Shown: positions 9,615 through 18,768 of the stretch, in pieces
Layout: every line of letters begins with the position of its first letter
How positions within the stretch are numbered: the first letter of the stretch is position 1
Assembly (NCBI GenBank): GCA_002422785.1
Contig: DITK01000053.1
Coordinates: 892 to 64,891 of the forward strand
Direction of reading: 5' to 3'
DNA: 64,000 nt
Source: Francisellaceae bacterium UBA6186
GTDB lineage: Bacteria > Pseudomonadota > Gammaproteobacteria > UBA6186 > Azoamicaceae
Translations under genes and position numbers: made by a program
The notes under the pieces: generated by a model
The model's database searches: none
The model's input: the letters and a program-made list of their open reading frames with translations, nothing else
What the model was told of the DNA's origin: nothing

Positions 9615-11048
9615 ATGAAATTTACAATACGCTCTATGCAAGATTTTAGAGAATTAATAGATACTTTAAGAAACAAACTGATAAATGGTAAAAGTCCAGA
9701 ATCATTTCAAAAAGAAGGTATGCAAATTACTTTTTCAGAAGCTAATGACGAAAAGCCGGATACAGCTACTTATTTAAACTCACAGGGTCAAGAAATAATT
9801 GATTTTTTTGTTGAAATTAAAAATTTATTTGTACAGAACATCATTATAAATTTCGATACTTATATAGATAGTAAAATAGCGAAGATGTTAGAACAGTTGC
9901 TGCTAGCAGGTAAAGTAAAACAAGTAAAATTTACTGCGAACACCAGGAAAGATATTGATCATTTAAAATATTTTAAAGAATTAGAAAAATTAACTTTGGC
10001 TGTTGAGATGGATACAAATACTAGTTTAAACGAATTATGCGAAACTTTGAAAATCTTGGTTAAATTAGAAATGTTAGAATTAAATAGCTCTAAGAATATC
10101 CCGTTTGTGGAGTATAGACATGGGTTTCGTAATTTATTAAGCAACAACACCAGTATTAAACAATTGATACATACTGATTTATTAGATCAAAACATTATGC
10201 ATCAGCTTAGATTGAATAATGCATCTGTAAACTTAGAAGAAACGTACAACCAGTACGAAACAACAGAAGATCAGGCAAGTACGGCAATACTTGTAGCAAC
10301 AAAATATCCCGACAATAGATTCCTACAAGCCGCAATGGAGGATGGACAATCAGCGATAAAGGCAGCATATACTAAATTAACAGAATTATTAAATAACTTA
10401 ATCAACTTAAATATCACCGAAGCTAATTATTACTTGGCAAAGTTATCAGAAAAGAATGGCGATATTGAATTAGCTTATGAATTATTAAAAAACATTCCTA
10501 GCTATGCAAGTAGTTATAAAAAAGCAAGCTGTATGCAAGCACGTTTAATCTTGGTTAACAAACAAAGTATATTGGGTGATCTAATTAGCGAAAAATTTAA
10601 AAATCAGCTACTTAAAGATTTTTCAGCTGAAATAGATAATAGTATAGATCCAAGTGCAAGTGATTTTAAAAGTAAAATATTATTATTAGGAATTAAATAT
10701 TCAATGAGATCCGGAGAAGAAGAAGAAAGTAGACCTTTTTTATCTTCATTTTTACAAGAATTTATTTATAATGATATTAATGGAAGTTTAGCCAATAATA
10801 TACTTCAAAACATCAAAACTCCTACTAATTTAGAAAATTTTGACGATGCATTTGGTACCATACTTAGCTTATTGTATGTTTTACGAGCAGAAGCAATTAA
10901 ATCTAAAAATTACCTAACAGAACAAAAAACTGTAGGTACCAATACTGACGCTACTTCATTATTATTATTTTCTAAATCAAAACATATTGATGACAAACCT
11001 GTAAGTTCTATCGCTAGTAAAAAAAGAAGCCATTCGTGTCATCCTTAA
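9615..11048 (+). CDS. Hypothetical protein with LRR-like N-terminal half and helical-repeat C-terminal half; no signal peptide (track ORF starts at TTG 9555)
   Basis: ATG at 9615 is preceded by GGGGA. Leu-rich periodic segment LKYFKELEKLTLAVEMDTNTSLNELCETLKILVKLEMLELNSSKNI...LLSNNTSIKQLIHTDL. The function is not recognised. Confidence 0.35.
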   Translation: MKFTIRSMQDFRELIDTLRNKLINGKSPESFQKEGMQITFSEANDEKPDTATYLNSQGQEIIDFFVEIKNLFVQNIIINFDTYIDSKIAKMLEQLLLAGKVKQVKFTANTRKDIDHLKYFKELEKLTLAVEMDTNTSLNELCETLKILVKLEMLELNSSKNIPFVEYRHGFRNLLSNNTSIKQLIHTDLLDQNIMHQLRLNNASVNLEETYNQYETTEDQASTAILVATKYPDNRFLQAAMEDGQSAIKAAYTKLTELLNNLINLNITEANYYLAKLSEKNGDIELAYELLKNIPSYASSYKKASCMQARLILVNKQSILGDLISEKFKNQLLKDFSAEIDNSIDPSASDFKSKILLLGIKYSMRSGEEEESRPFLSSFLQEFIYNDINGSLANNILQNIKTPTNLENFDDAFGTILSLLYVLRAEAIKSKNYLTEQKTVGTNTDATSLLLFSKSKHIDDKPVSSIASKKRSHSCHP

Positions 11049-11073
11049 TAGTTGAATAAAACATACTTTAATG

Positions 11074-11328
11074 CTAAGTTGTAGATTGCTCGTTATCTTG
11101 CACCGCATGCTCCACATTGTTTAATTTTTTCAGCATGGAATACAAAGTCTTTTCCCAAACTTCGTGCTTATCTTTAAGCACATTATTATCGTCTTGTAGT
11201 TTAATATTTTTTTCTTCTAGTTCTTCTATTTGTAACCGCATAATTTCAATAGTTTCTACCGTTTCGTCTACCTTGGCTTCTAGTTGCTCTAATAATTGGC
11301 TGGACATATTGTTTAATTCCTTATCCAT
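11074..11328 (-). CDS. zapB: Cell division coiled-coil protein, ZapB-like
   Basis: 84-aa coiled coil. LEQLEAKVDETVETIEIMRLQIEELEEKNIKLQDDNNVLKDKHEVWEKTL parallels the ZapB pattern (FEKLEAKVQQAIDTI.LLQMEIEELKEKN...W). Confidence 0.6.
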   Translation of the reverse strand: MDKELNNMSSQLLEQLEAKVDETVETIEIMRLQIEELEEKNIKLQDDNNVLKDKHEVWEKTLYSMLKKLNNVEHAVQDNEQSTT

Positions 11329-11363
11329 ATCTAAATTATAAAATATTTGTAATATATCATAAA

Positions 11364-12422
11364 TTAATAAAATATTGTCTCCAACGCAATACCCTTTTCT
11401 TCTAAAATAATCCGTAATGTTTTTAAAGCCTCTACTTGAATTTGACGTACCCTTTCTCTAGTAAGACCAACTTCACTACCAACTTCTTCTAAAGTCGCAG
11501 CTTCGTGGCCTAACAAGCCAAATCTTCTAGCTAAAATAGACCGTTGTTTATCATTTAACATATTTAAACAATAATCTAGCTGCTCTTTAATATTATTATT
11601 TTCTAATATTTTTGCGGGACTATGGTTTTTATGATCAGCAATAACCTCTAATAGAGATTTTTCATTATCATCACCGACTGGAGTATCAACCGACAAAGTT
11701 CTTTCATTTAACCTTAATAATTTATTAACTTCGTGTGGACACTTATCTAGTGCTTTTGCGATATCTTCAAAAGATGGCTCATGATCTAGCTTGTTAGTAA
11801 TCTCGCGAGCTTTTCTTAAATAAGTGTTTAATTCTTTAATAATATGGATCGGTAACCTAATCGTACGAGTTTGATTCATTAATGCTCGTTCAATATTTTG
11901 TTTGATCCACCAGGTAGCATAGGTAGAAAATCTAAAACCTCTTTCTGGGTCAAATTTTTCTACTGCTCTTATTAATCCTAAATTACCTTCTTCAATTAAA
12001 TCTAATAAAGCTAATCCTCTATTCAAATAACGCCGAGCAATCTTCACTACTAAACGTAAATTACATTTAACCATGTGATTTCTAGCATTATTATCACCCT
12101 TTTTAGCTAACCTAGAATAATAAACTTCTTCGTTAGCTGTTAGCAATGGCGACTTACCTATGTCTTCTAAATAAAGCTGTGCCGGATCTATATCTTTTTT
12201 CTTTTTCTTGAGTACCGACGATGATCCTACATCTTCGTTTTCTATATCATCAGTATTATTAGCATCAGACATAGAAACTTCTTCAACATGCTCTATATCC
12301 TCTATAGCATCGTCAGTAAAACTTAATTCGGCTTCTTCTAAGCCATCCTCTGATGGCAATAGATCTTCTGTAATTAAATCTAATTCATTAGCCTCTTCAT
12401 CAATTCCTTGGACACTAGACAT
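11364..12422 (-). CDS. rpoS: Stationary-phase sigma factor RpoS
   Basis: Long stretches match the RpoS hallmarks as I recall them: [116 protein letters not shown]. Acidic N-terminal extension. Confidence 0.92.
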   Translation of the reverse strand: MSSVQGIDEEANELDLITEDLLPSEDGLEEAELSFTDDAIEDIEHVEEVSMSDANNTDDIENEDVGSSSVLKKKKKDIDPAQLYLEDIGKSPLLTANEEVYYSRLAKKGDNNARNHMVKCNLRLVVKIARRYLNRGLALLDLIEEGNLGLIRAVEKFDPERGFRFSTYATWWIKQNIERALMNQTRTIRLPIHIIKELNTYLRKAREITNKLDHEPSFEDIAKALDKCPHEVNKLLRLNERTLSVDTPVGDDNEKSLLEVIADHKNHSPAKILENNNIKEQLDYCLNMLNDKQRSILARRFGLLGHEAATLEEVGSEVGLTRERVRQIQVEALKTLRIILEEKGIALETIFY

Positions 12423-12539
12423 ATAATTCCCCTGTTTCTTCCATGAATATAGGGTTAATTGTAAAAAATACTTTACCTATGAACATTCATTATAGCAATA
12501 ATGTTTCATTTATCTATATTTATTTTATAATATATACAA

Positions 12540-12869
12540 ATGCAACAGATTAAAAATACTAAACCTTATATTAATTGTTCAGATATAATCATAATTTTAG
12601 CTGATCAATATCCTAATGTCGCAAATCAAAAAATTAAACTGGCAGTAAAATCTATGTTTGCAACTATCACCGATGCTTTAGCTCATAATCGCAAAATAGA
12701 ATTACGTAATTTTGGTAATTTTTCTACCCGCTTTAGATCTAAGAGAAACGCCAGAAATCCAAAAACTGGAGAACAAATTAAATTACTGGCAAAACATGTG
12801 GTGCATTTTAAACCAGGGAAGGCATTAAATGCAAAAATTAATAAAATCGATACCAACAAAAAACCATAA
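12540..12869 (+). CDS. ihfB: Integration host factor beta subunit
   Basis: KIELRNFGNFSTRFRSKRNARNPKTGEQIKLLAKHVVHFKPGKALN matches the IHF-beta arm (R.GRNPKTG...HFKPGK). Confidence 0.8.
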   Translation: MQQIKNTKPYINCSDIIIILADQYPNVANQKIKLAVKSMFATITDALAHNRKIELRNFGNFSTRFRSKRNARNPKTGEQIKLLAKHVVHFKPGKALNAKINKIDTNKKP

Positions 12870-13722
12870 TTTTTCAATAATAAATTGTATTTTATTATTA
12901 AACTTATTGTTTTTTATCATAAAAAATCCAGCATGCGCTATGGAACCAACTACTGATCCAAAATATGGCAATGGACAAAGTACGCAGTTTATCAAAGCCA
13001 TGTATGGCATGGGTCCTAATTTAACCGAACAAGAATTGCAACAAATAGCCATATCTATCCCTGGCGATAATATTAATAAATTTTTTATACGTTTTGGTGC
13101 TAATAATGGTACTAGTTCTTTAAGTAAAATTAAAAATACCTCTGTCAACGTCGGTATGACAGCAGCCACAGTTGTTACCACTAATAAAACTATTGATTCT
13201 AAATATGGGGGAGAAATCGGCGCTGGCTATCGCTGGGACAAATTATCATTAGAACTAGAACTAATGGCTACAGAAAATATCCAATATAATAGCAAAAAAT
13301 TATTTAGTAATTTAAATGGTTCGTTAAACAGTACAGTTAAAGCCCAAGGAATATTATTAAACAGTTATTATGATTTTATAAATTTAAAAGCATTTAGAAT
13401 TTTTTTCGGTATGGGCGTGGGGGCCGGCATCAATAGAACTAATTCTAATTTTTTTAATAATGCCACATTTGCGACAGGAGAAAATTTTGCGAGAAGAAGA
13501 GTTTCTGGAGCATACAATTTAGTTTTAGGCTGTAAATTAAATATAGTACCACAGCTATTTCTGTGTGCATCCATGAGATATACTAATTTTGCAGGTTTTG
13601 GTAATATCAAAATGCTAGCTACCAGCAATGTAGAATGGAGAGATGAGTCTCAAAATTTACATCTCGAAGGACAGCACACTTTAGTCGGTTTTAGTATAAA
13701 CTTAATACATGTATTTTTATAA
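12829..13722 (+). CDS. Outer-membrane beta-barrel protein (OmpA-like TM / opacity-porin-type)
   Basis: Signal peptide ending PACA. Alternating beta-strand pattern, e.g. GGEIGAGYRWDKLSLELELM, GILLNSYYDF, FFGMGVGAGIN, AYNLVLGCKLNI. Confidence 0.5.
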   Translation: MQKLIKSIPTKNHNFSIINCILLLNLLFFIIKNPACAMEPTTDPKYGNGQSTQFIKAMYGMGPNLTEQELQQIAISIPGDNINKFFIRFGANNGTSSLSKIKNTSVNVGMTAATVVTTNKTIDSKYGGEIGAGYRWDKLSLELELMATENIQYNSKKLFSNLNGSLNSTVKAQGILLNSYYDFINLKAFRIFFGMGVGAGINRTNSNFFNNATFATGENFARRRVSGAYNLVLGCKLNIVPQLFLCASMRYTNFAGFGNIKMLATSNVEWRDESQNLHLEGQHTLVGFSINLIHVFL

Positions 13723-14158
13723 TATTAATAGCAAAAAATTAACTGCAATATCCCTGATAGAATTAATAGTTACTTTATCTATTGTAGCTATCTTAATTGG
13801 TATATCTTACAGTAGCGCATCTGGGATAAAAATGGAATATCGTCGCAAAGAAGCACAAAGTGAGTTAGTAAAATTAAAATCTAATATAGAAGCGCTGGCA
13901 ATGTCTGGTCCAACATCGTCATTGGCTATAGCGACCAAATTCTTGACTGAGAATAAAAGTATAACAACGCAAAATGGTTACTATGAGATTACAGTTTTTA
14001 GTGCTGACCCAATACCCACAAATCGCCCTAACCCTGGCTATATTTTAAACGCAGTGGCACAAGGACCGCAAGCTAAAGATACCCCTTGTAGAACTATTTC
14101 ATTGAAAGTATCGGCTGATCAAGATGATGAAAAAACGCCAAGCGATTGTTGGAAATAA
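13709..14158 (+). CDS. Type IV minor pilin, PilE-like, with atypical Ala at the -1 cleavage position
   Basis: KKLTA|ISLIELIVTLSIVAILIGI with Glu at +5. C-terminal Cys pair (TPCRTISL...PSDCWK), typical of PilE-type pilins. Confidence 0.55.
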   Translation: MYFYNINSKKLTAISLIELIVTLSIVAILIGISYSSASGIKMEYRRKEAQSELVKLKSNIEALAMSGPTSSLAIATKFLTENKSITTQNGYYEITVFSADPIPTNRPNPGYILNAVAQGPQAKDTPCRTISLKVSADQDDEKTPSDCWK

Positions 14159-14173
14159 CGGTAGGGATTATAT

Positions 14174-14692
14174 ATGGCAAAAACTAATAAAAAATTGCTA
14201 GGTGTAACCTTGATAGAGTTAATTGTAACTATGGCCATCGTGGTTATTTTAGCTGGAGTCAGTATAGCCAACATGCGAGGATCAAGAAGATCTAAAAACT
14301 TGGTGGATGATACCACCGATCTAATAGTAACTGCATTAAACCAAGCTAACGCCACCTCAATCGCATCAGGTACAACTAATCCTGCAAAAGTTTGCCATAT
14401 AATCGCAGGAACCGGAAACAATAGAGCAGATTGTGATCCTGATCTTACCAGAACCACTTGGCAAAATGTCAATGGGGTAAAATTCAATGCAAGAGTAACA
14501 GTTAATATTACTGGTGGGCCGGTAATAACCTATACTAATGGACTAATAACTAGTGGATCCTCAAATGATGCAGCATTCACGATTACTGTAACAGCTACAG
14601 ATTCAGATACTAGTTGCACCAATACCAGTATTCCTAGCAATACCATTAAGTTATGGCAAAATGGGGTGGTAGATGTTACTAAACTATGTTAA
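14174..14692 (+). CDS. Type IV minor pilin, FimT/GspH-like
   Basis: LLG|VTLIELIVTMAIVVILAGVSIANMRGSRRSKNLVDDTTDLIVTALNQA matches the FimT/GspH-type N-terminal domain pattern. Confidence 0.55.
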   Translation: MAKTNKKLLGVTLIELIVTMAIVVILAGVSIANMRGSRRSKNLVDDTTDLIVTALNQANATSIASGTTNPAKVCHIIAGTGNNRADCDPDLTRTTWQNVNGVKFNARVTVNITGGPVITYTNGLITSGSSNDAAFTITVTATDSDTSCTNTSIPSNTIKLWQNGVVDVTKLC

Positions 14693-14723
14693 TAACAACG
14701 GCTTCTATTCAAGGTAAAATGTT

Positions 14724-15173
14724 ATGAAACAACAATCGGGGTTCACATTAATAGAATTATTAATTGTTATCGCAATTTGCAGTGTATTAGCAGGGATTAG
14801 TATCTCAGGTTATATGGGCACGCTACGGGTCGAGAGACGACAAGATGCTGTTTTATCGTTACAAAAAGCCTTGTTAATTATTCAGAGTACCGCCACTCAC
14901 GATACTGCCATGTGTACATCAGCTACTCCTCCAGTTGCCTACAGTCCTACTGGTAATTGTTTATCTAGTAACGGATTTTATTATGTTAATTATAAAACTG
15001 GTACTGATGGTTTTCCCCCTACAGGAAACATGATTAATTCTATGCTGCCTAACGAATCATTAATTTTACAAGCAACCCCTGTAACCGGACGTGGTCAAGA
15101 TAAGGACACAGATTGTCCGGAGATATATTTATCTAATTTAAACAAAGTTTATCCAGAAAGTTGTGGTAAATAA
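14724..15173 (+). CDS. Type IV pilin, PilE-like
   Basis: QSG|FTLIELLIVIAICSVLAGISISGY. NGFYYVNY and C-terminal DCPEIYL...ESCGK disulfide loop. Confidence 0.65.
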   Translation: MKQQSGFTLIELLIVIAICSVLAGISISGYMGTLRVERRQDAVLSLQKALLIIQSTATHDTAMCTSATPPVAYSPTGNCLSSNGFYYVNYKTGTDGFPPTGNMINSMLPNESLILQATPVTGRGQDKDTDCPEIYLSNLNKVYPESCGK

Positions 15174-15187
15174 TAAGCAGTATAATA

Positions 15188-16186
15188 ATGGACAATAATT
15201 TTTCTCATTTTTTAATCACAGGTGCTAATGGTTTTATAGGCCGTAGACTATCTGAATATTTAAAAAATTTAGGATGTAAGATCACCGCAGTTTTAAGAAG
15301 CAATCCGGATAATGTTCCATATAATCTTTGGGATCAAATAATTATTCATGATTTTAATCAAAACGATAACTTCGCTAAACACCTGCCAAATATTATTAAT
15401 AAAAATATTGATGCTGTTATCCATTTAGCAAATATCGCTCATACTAACAATCCTAGTTTTAGTTTTTCAGATTATTGGAAAACCAATGTAATATCCACAT
15501 TAGATTTATTAGATTTTTCTGTACTAGCTAAAGCTAAATCTTTTTTATATTTAAGCAGTATTAAAGCTGTTGCCACCCCCAAAGATAGTGTTTGCCGAGA
15601 TGAATCTTATAATGTCTGGCCAGATAATCAAGATTTTTATGGAATAACTAAACGCACAGCAGAAGAATTACTACAAAGATCTTATCATCCAAATTTACAA
15701 GTATCCGTTCTACGGCCAAGCTTAGTATACGGCCCAAATTTAAAAGGACACTTAGATTTACTGATTAAAGCACAACAGCTGTTACCTAATTTACCAGATA
15801 TTAATAATAAGCGCAGCATGGTACATATTGATGATTTAATTCAAGCGATATTGCTTGCTATAAAAAATCCTAAGGCTAATCAAAAAATTTTTATTGTTAC
15901 TGATAACATGCAATATTCAACCAGACAAATTTGCGATCACATAAAAAAACAAATTTCAAGTAATACTTTTTTATCTAAAATAACGATCCCGTATTTTATA
16001 TTAAACATAATGGCTAAATGTGGAGATTTCTGCCAATTAATGTTGGCAGAAAGATTAAGTCATAAGTTTTATTTCAATTCTCAAATGCTAGATAAGTTGT
16101 TGGGCTCTAGCTGTTTTGATGCTACACAAATTAAAAACACCCTTAATTGGGAACCCAAACATACTTTTTTTGATGAAAAAATATAA
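15188..16186 (+). CDS. NAD-dependent epimerase/dehydratase (extended SDR)
   Basis: Rossmann motif ITGANGFIGRRL. YxxxK as YGITKRTAE. Size is typical of UDP-sugar 4-epimerase-like SDRs. Confidence 0.75.
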   Translation: MDNNFSHFLITGANGFIGRRLSEYLKNLGCKITAVLRSNPDNVPYNLWDQIIIHDFNQNDNFAKHLPNIINKNIDAVIHLANIAHTNNPSFSFSDYWKTNVISTLDLLDFSVLAKAKSFLYLSSIKAVATPKDSVCRDESYNVWPDNQDFYGITKRTAEELLQRSYHPNLQVSVLRPSLVYGPNLKGHLDLLIKAQQLLPNLPDINNKRSMVHIDDLIQAILLAIKNPKANQKIFIVTDNMQYSTRQICDHIKKQISSNTFLSKITIPYFILNIMAKCGDFCQLMLAERLSHKFYFNSQMLDKLLGSSCFDATQIKNTLNWEPKHTFFDEKI

Positions 16187-16400
16187 TTTCGCCTGATTAA
16201 AAAAGTCTTGATTTTTTGCAAAATATGCGGTTACAATAATAATTAGATTGATTTAGTAATACAACAAGAATAAAATTTTAAAGTTAATATAAAGTGTGGC
16301 TTTTTACTTTTTTCAATTAAACAATAAAAAATTAAATATTTAGATCTTACTTATAGCTTCGTTGTTATAGCTTTCGATGGATTTATGGTGAATTAATTAT

Positions 16401-17216
16401 ATGTTATTGAGATTAAAAAAATATCAAAAAAATGAAAACATCTGCCATCCAGAAAAAATTTACAATTTCTCTCCTGTAATTAGCAAACTCCAGTTAGCAA
16501 CCACTAGTACATTAGTCATTTTTGAAATAAATGATGTATTGATAATACCAAGCAATCATGATGATGATTTTAGTTATCCTTATCGCGCTAAATTATTAAC
16601 ATCAATGCTAACCCGACTGAAAAAAAACGCAGATGTGCTACAAAGCATTATTCTATCTTCAACTAAATATGTTTTGGTAGATGATGAAATAAAAAATATT
16701 TTTAATATTTTACAATCAAAGCACATACCAGCTATTGCGTTAACCTCTATAAATACTGGTAAATTTGGCATTATACCATCCATGGAAAATTTAACGATCA
16801 AAACATTAAAAAATGTTGGCATACCATTTAAGGCTTTAGCTACAAAATTCAAAAATACTAGTAAAAATCCAACATCCCCCAACGAACCTCTATTAAAATC
16901 TGGTATTGTTTTCACATCCAATTTTGATAAAGGCGAGGCTTTAAGCTATATGTTTCGTAAACATAACTATTATCCAAAAAATATTATATCGATTGATAAT
17001 AACTTAAACAGCTTTGAATCATTAAAAACATTATGTATGGAATTAAATATCAATTTTTGTGCATTTGACTATAATAAGTCGCCTTTGATTCCACCACCTA
17101 CTATTGATCCACAACTGGAAAAGCTTCGTTTTGAAATATTAGAAAAACAATTGGTTTGGCTAAGTTATAAACAATTAAATAGTATTTTATTTCACACTAC
17201 TACTGGTCAAATATAA
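16401..17216 (+). CDS. Hypothetical protein, possibly HAD-like (DUF2608-type) with degenerate motif I
   Basis: LVIFEINDVLIIP sits where HAD-type proteins have fDiDdTLl. LTSINTG, GIVFTSNFDKGEAL and IISIDNN resemble HAD motifs II-IV. Recognition is from memory only. Confidence 0.3.
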   Translation: MLLRLKKYQKNENICHPEKIYNFSPVISKLQLATTSTLVIFEINDVLIIPSNHDDDFSYPYRAKLLTSMLTRLKKNADVLQSIILSSTKYVLVDDEIKNIFNILQSKHIPAIALTSINTGKFGIIPSMENLTIKTLKNVGIPFKALATKFKNTSKNPTSPNEPLLKSGIVFTSNFDKGEALSYMFRKHNYYPKNIISIDNNLNSFESLKTLCMELNINFCAFDYNKSPLIPPPTIDPQLEKLRFEILEKQLVWLSYKQLNSILFHTTTGQI

Positions 17217-17284
17217 AGATAAATTTACTAAAAAATAATATATTTTGTACTACAATTTTATATTTATTAATTATAATAATTAGT

Positions 17285-17659
17285 ATGTTATCATTTAAAA
17301 ATAATGGTTTTAGCCAAATGTCAGTTTTAATTAATCTATTAATTATTATTATACTATTAATTTTATCTTTGCTGTGGCAAACCCATAATACCGACAAAGA
17401 ACAGGCTAAATTTAATTACAATATAGCCAAGGTATTAGCTAACGATATAGCTAACAAAGTGCAGCTTAATTATCCAGCCACAATCCCAGCTAATGATATT
17501 AGCTATTGGCAACAAGCTATCCGGGAAAACTTACATAACGGCTTTGGTGAAATAACTATTATGAACAATAATTTAACCATCAAGATTAATTGGCAAGATC
17601 TATCCAACCATAAAAAAAAGATAATGATTACTACGCTTTTATTACCTTATAAACCATAG
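17285..17659 (+). CDS. Hypothetical membrane-anchored protein (pseudopilin-like N-terminus)
   Basis: NNGFSQMSVLINLLIIIILLILSL is a hydrophobic N-terminal anchor but lacks Glu5. No other motif recognised. Confidence 0.3.
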   Translation: MLSFKNNGFSQMSVLINLLIIIILLILSLLWQTHNTDKEQAKFNYNIAKVLANDIANKVQLNYPATIPANDISYWQQAIRENLHNGFGEITIMNNNLTIKINWQDLSNHKKKIMITTLLLPYKP

Positions 17660-17669
17660 CGATACAATA

Positions 17670-18128
17670 ATGATGACAAGCAATAAACAAAATGGCAACA
17701 GCAGGATCTTAATTATCATTATTTTTCTTACTGCCATATTGGGTATCATGACTATTGTATTTAGTATTAAAATGAAAAATTCTCATAAAATTAAATGGCG
17801 TACCCTAGAGGCCCAGCAAGCTAGCTCTAATGCTTTACTGATTGCTAAAAGCATGTTAATTACTAATTCTTTAGAAAACAATTGTGTGAATACTTCTGGA
17901 TGTCCATTTTGGGGGGGGCATCATAATATTCGTTTGACTAATAAGGACGGCACGCCAAATAAATTATGGTGGCATGCAAATTCTTACGCAATTATCGGCT
18001 CCAAGCATAATTCGAGATTTATAATTATACAAAAACCAAATAATTCCTATAAAATCATAGCTTTTGCCGAAGATCTATCTGGCTCTCAGGCAATTATTTC
18101 TGCTGGTTATGTGTTTAATGATTGCTGA
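17670..18128 (+). CDS. Hypothetical membrane-anchored protein (PilX-like N-terminus)
   Basis: N-terminal anchor SRILIIIIFLTAILGIMTIVFSI followed by LEAQQASSNALLIAKSML, reminiscent of PilX_N-type proteins. Confidence 0.3.
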   Translation: MMTSNKQNGNSRILIIIIFLTAILGIMTIVFSIKMKNSHKIKWRTLEAQQASSNALLIAKSMLITNSLENNCVNTSGCPFWGGHHNIRLTNKDGTPNKLWWHANSYAIIGSKHNSRFIIIQKPNNSYKIIAFAEDLSGSQAIISAGYVFNDC

Positions 18129-18253
18129 TATATTCAGCTAAACACATATTTAAAGCTTGCATATACAACAAACAATCTATTGAATATATGTCAAAAATTG
18201 TTTATATTACAAAATTATTTATAACAATAATTCAATAGCTGGGGCAATTTACT

Positions 18254-18673
18254 ATGAAATATTCAGATAATAAAAAAATTTTCTTAAAAAGCATTTCATC
18301 AAATAACGACATGGCTTTAAATGCAAAAAATTTTAATGCTGTTGATTTACCAATGATAATAGAAAGCAAAGGTGTTACACCTAAAGCTAGAAGTTTTTTT
18401 CTAGTTTATAGAGAAATTATAAAAGGCAAATATAAATCTGGAGAAATAAAAATAATTGCTTTAAACGGTATAGATTTTGATTATTGTACCAAAATAGACT
18501 TTCCATGTTCTGGCGGCACGATTGGTGTATTAGAATCATCTTTTACCAATAGTGTAACTAGTGAGCTATTTAAAAAATTAGCTGATCTAAATGGCGAATT
18601 CAGCAACAAAGATAAAGATCACGACATTAATAAACATAGTGAAATGGTAAATCTGGCACCAAGAATTTTATAA
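18254..18673 (+). CDS. Hypothetical protein
   Basis: 139-aa ORF in the same orientation as its neighbours. No motif recognised. Confidence 0.3.
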   Translation: MKYSDNKKIFLKSISSNNDMALNAKNFNAVDLPMIIESKGVTPKARSFFLVYREIIKGKYKSGEIKIIALNGIDFDYCTKIDFPCSGGTIGVLESSFTNSVTSELFKKLADLNGEFSNKDKDHDINKHSEMVNLAPRIL

Positions 18674-18768
18674 TAAACAATAAAGCCACTTAAAGTGGAC
18701 CATATGGGCCCATATCCATCTATAATAATTATATAAATTAGCTTTTTGTTAATTTATAATATATTACT

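Noticed and set aside
12825-16921. Antisense ORFs at 12825-13181 (118 aa), 14119-14487 (122 aa) and 16580-16921 (113 aa).
   Set aside because: Each lies wholly within a better-supported sense-strand gene (outer-membrane protein, FimT-like pilin, HAD-like ORF), and none carries a recognisable motif.
18682-18716. Short hairpin CCACT-taa-AGTGG, then a perfect 14-bp palindrome ATATGGGCCCATAT (18702-18715), between the 139-aa ORF and mrcA.
   Set aside because: It is a single occurrence with a short stem and no T-tract. It could be a weak terminator or an operator, but nothing in the window supports either.
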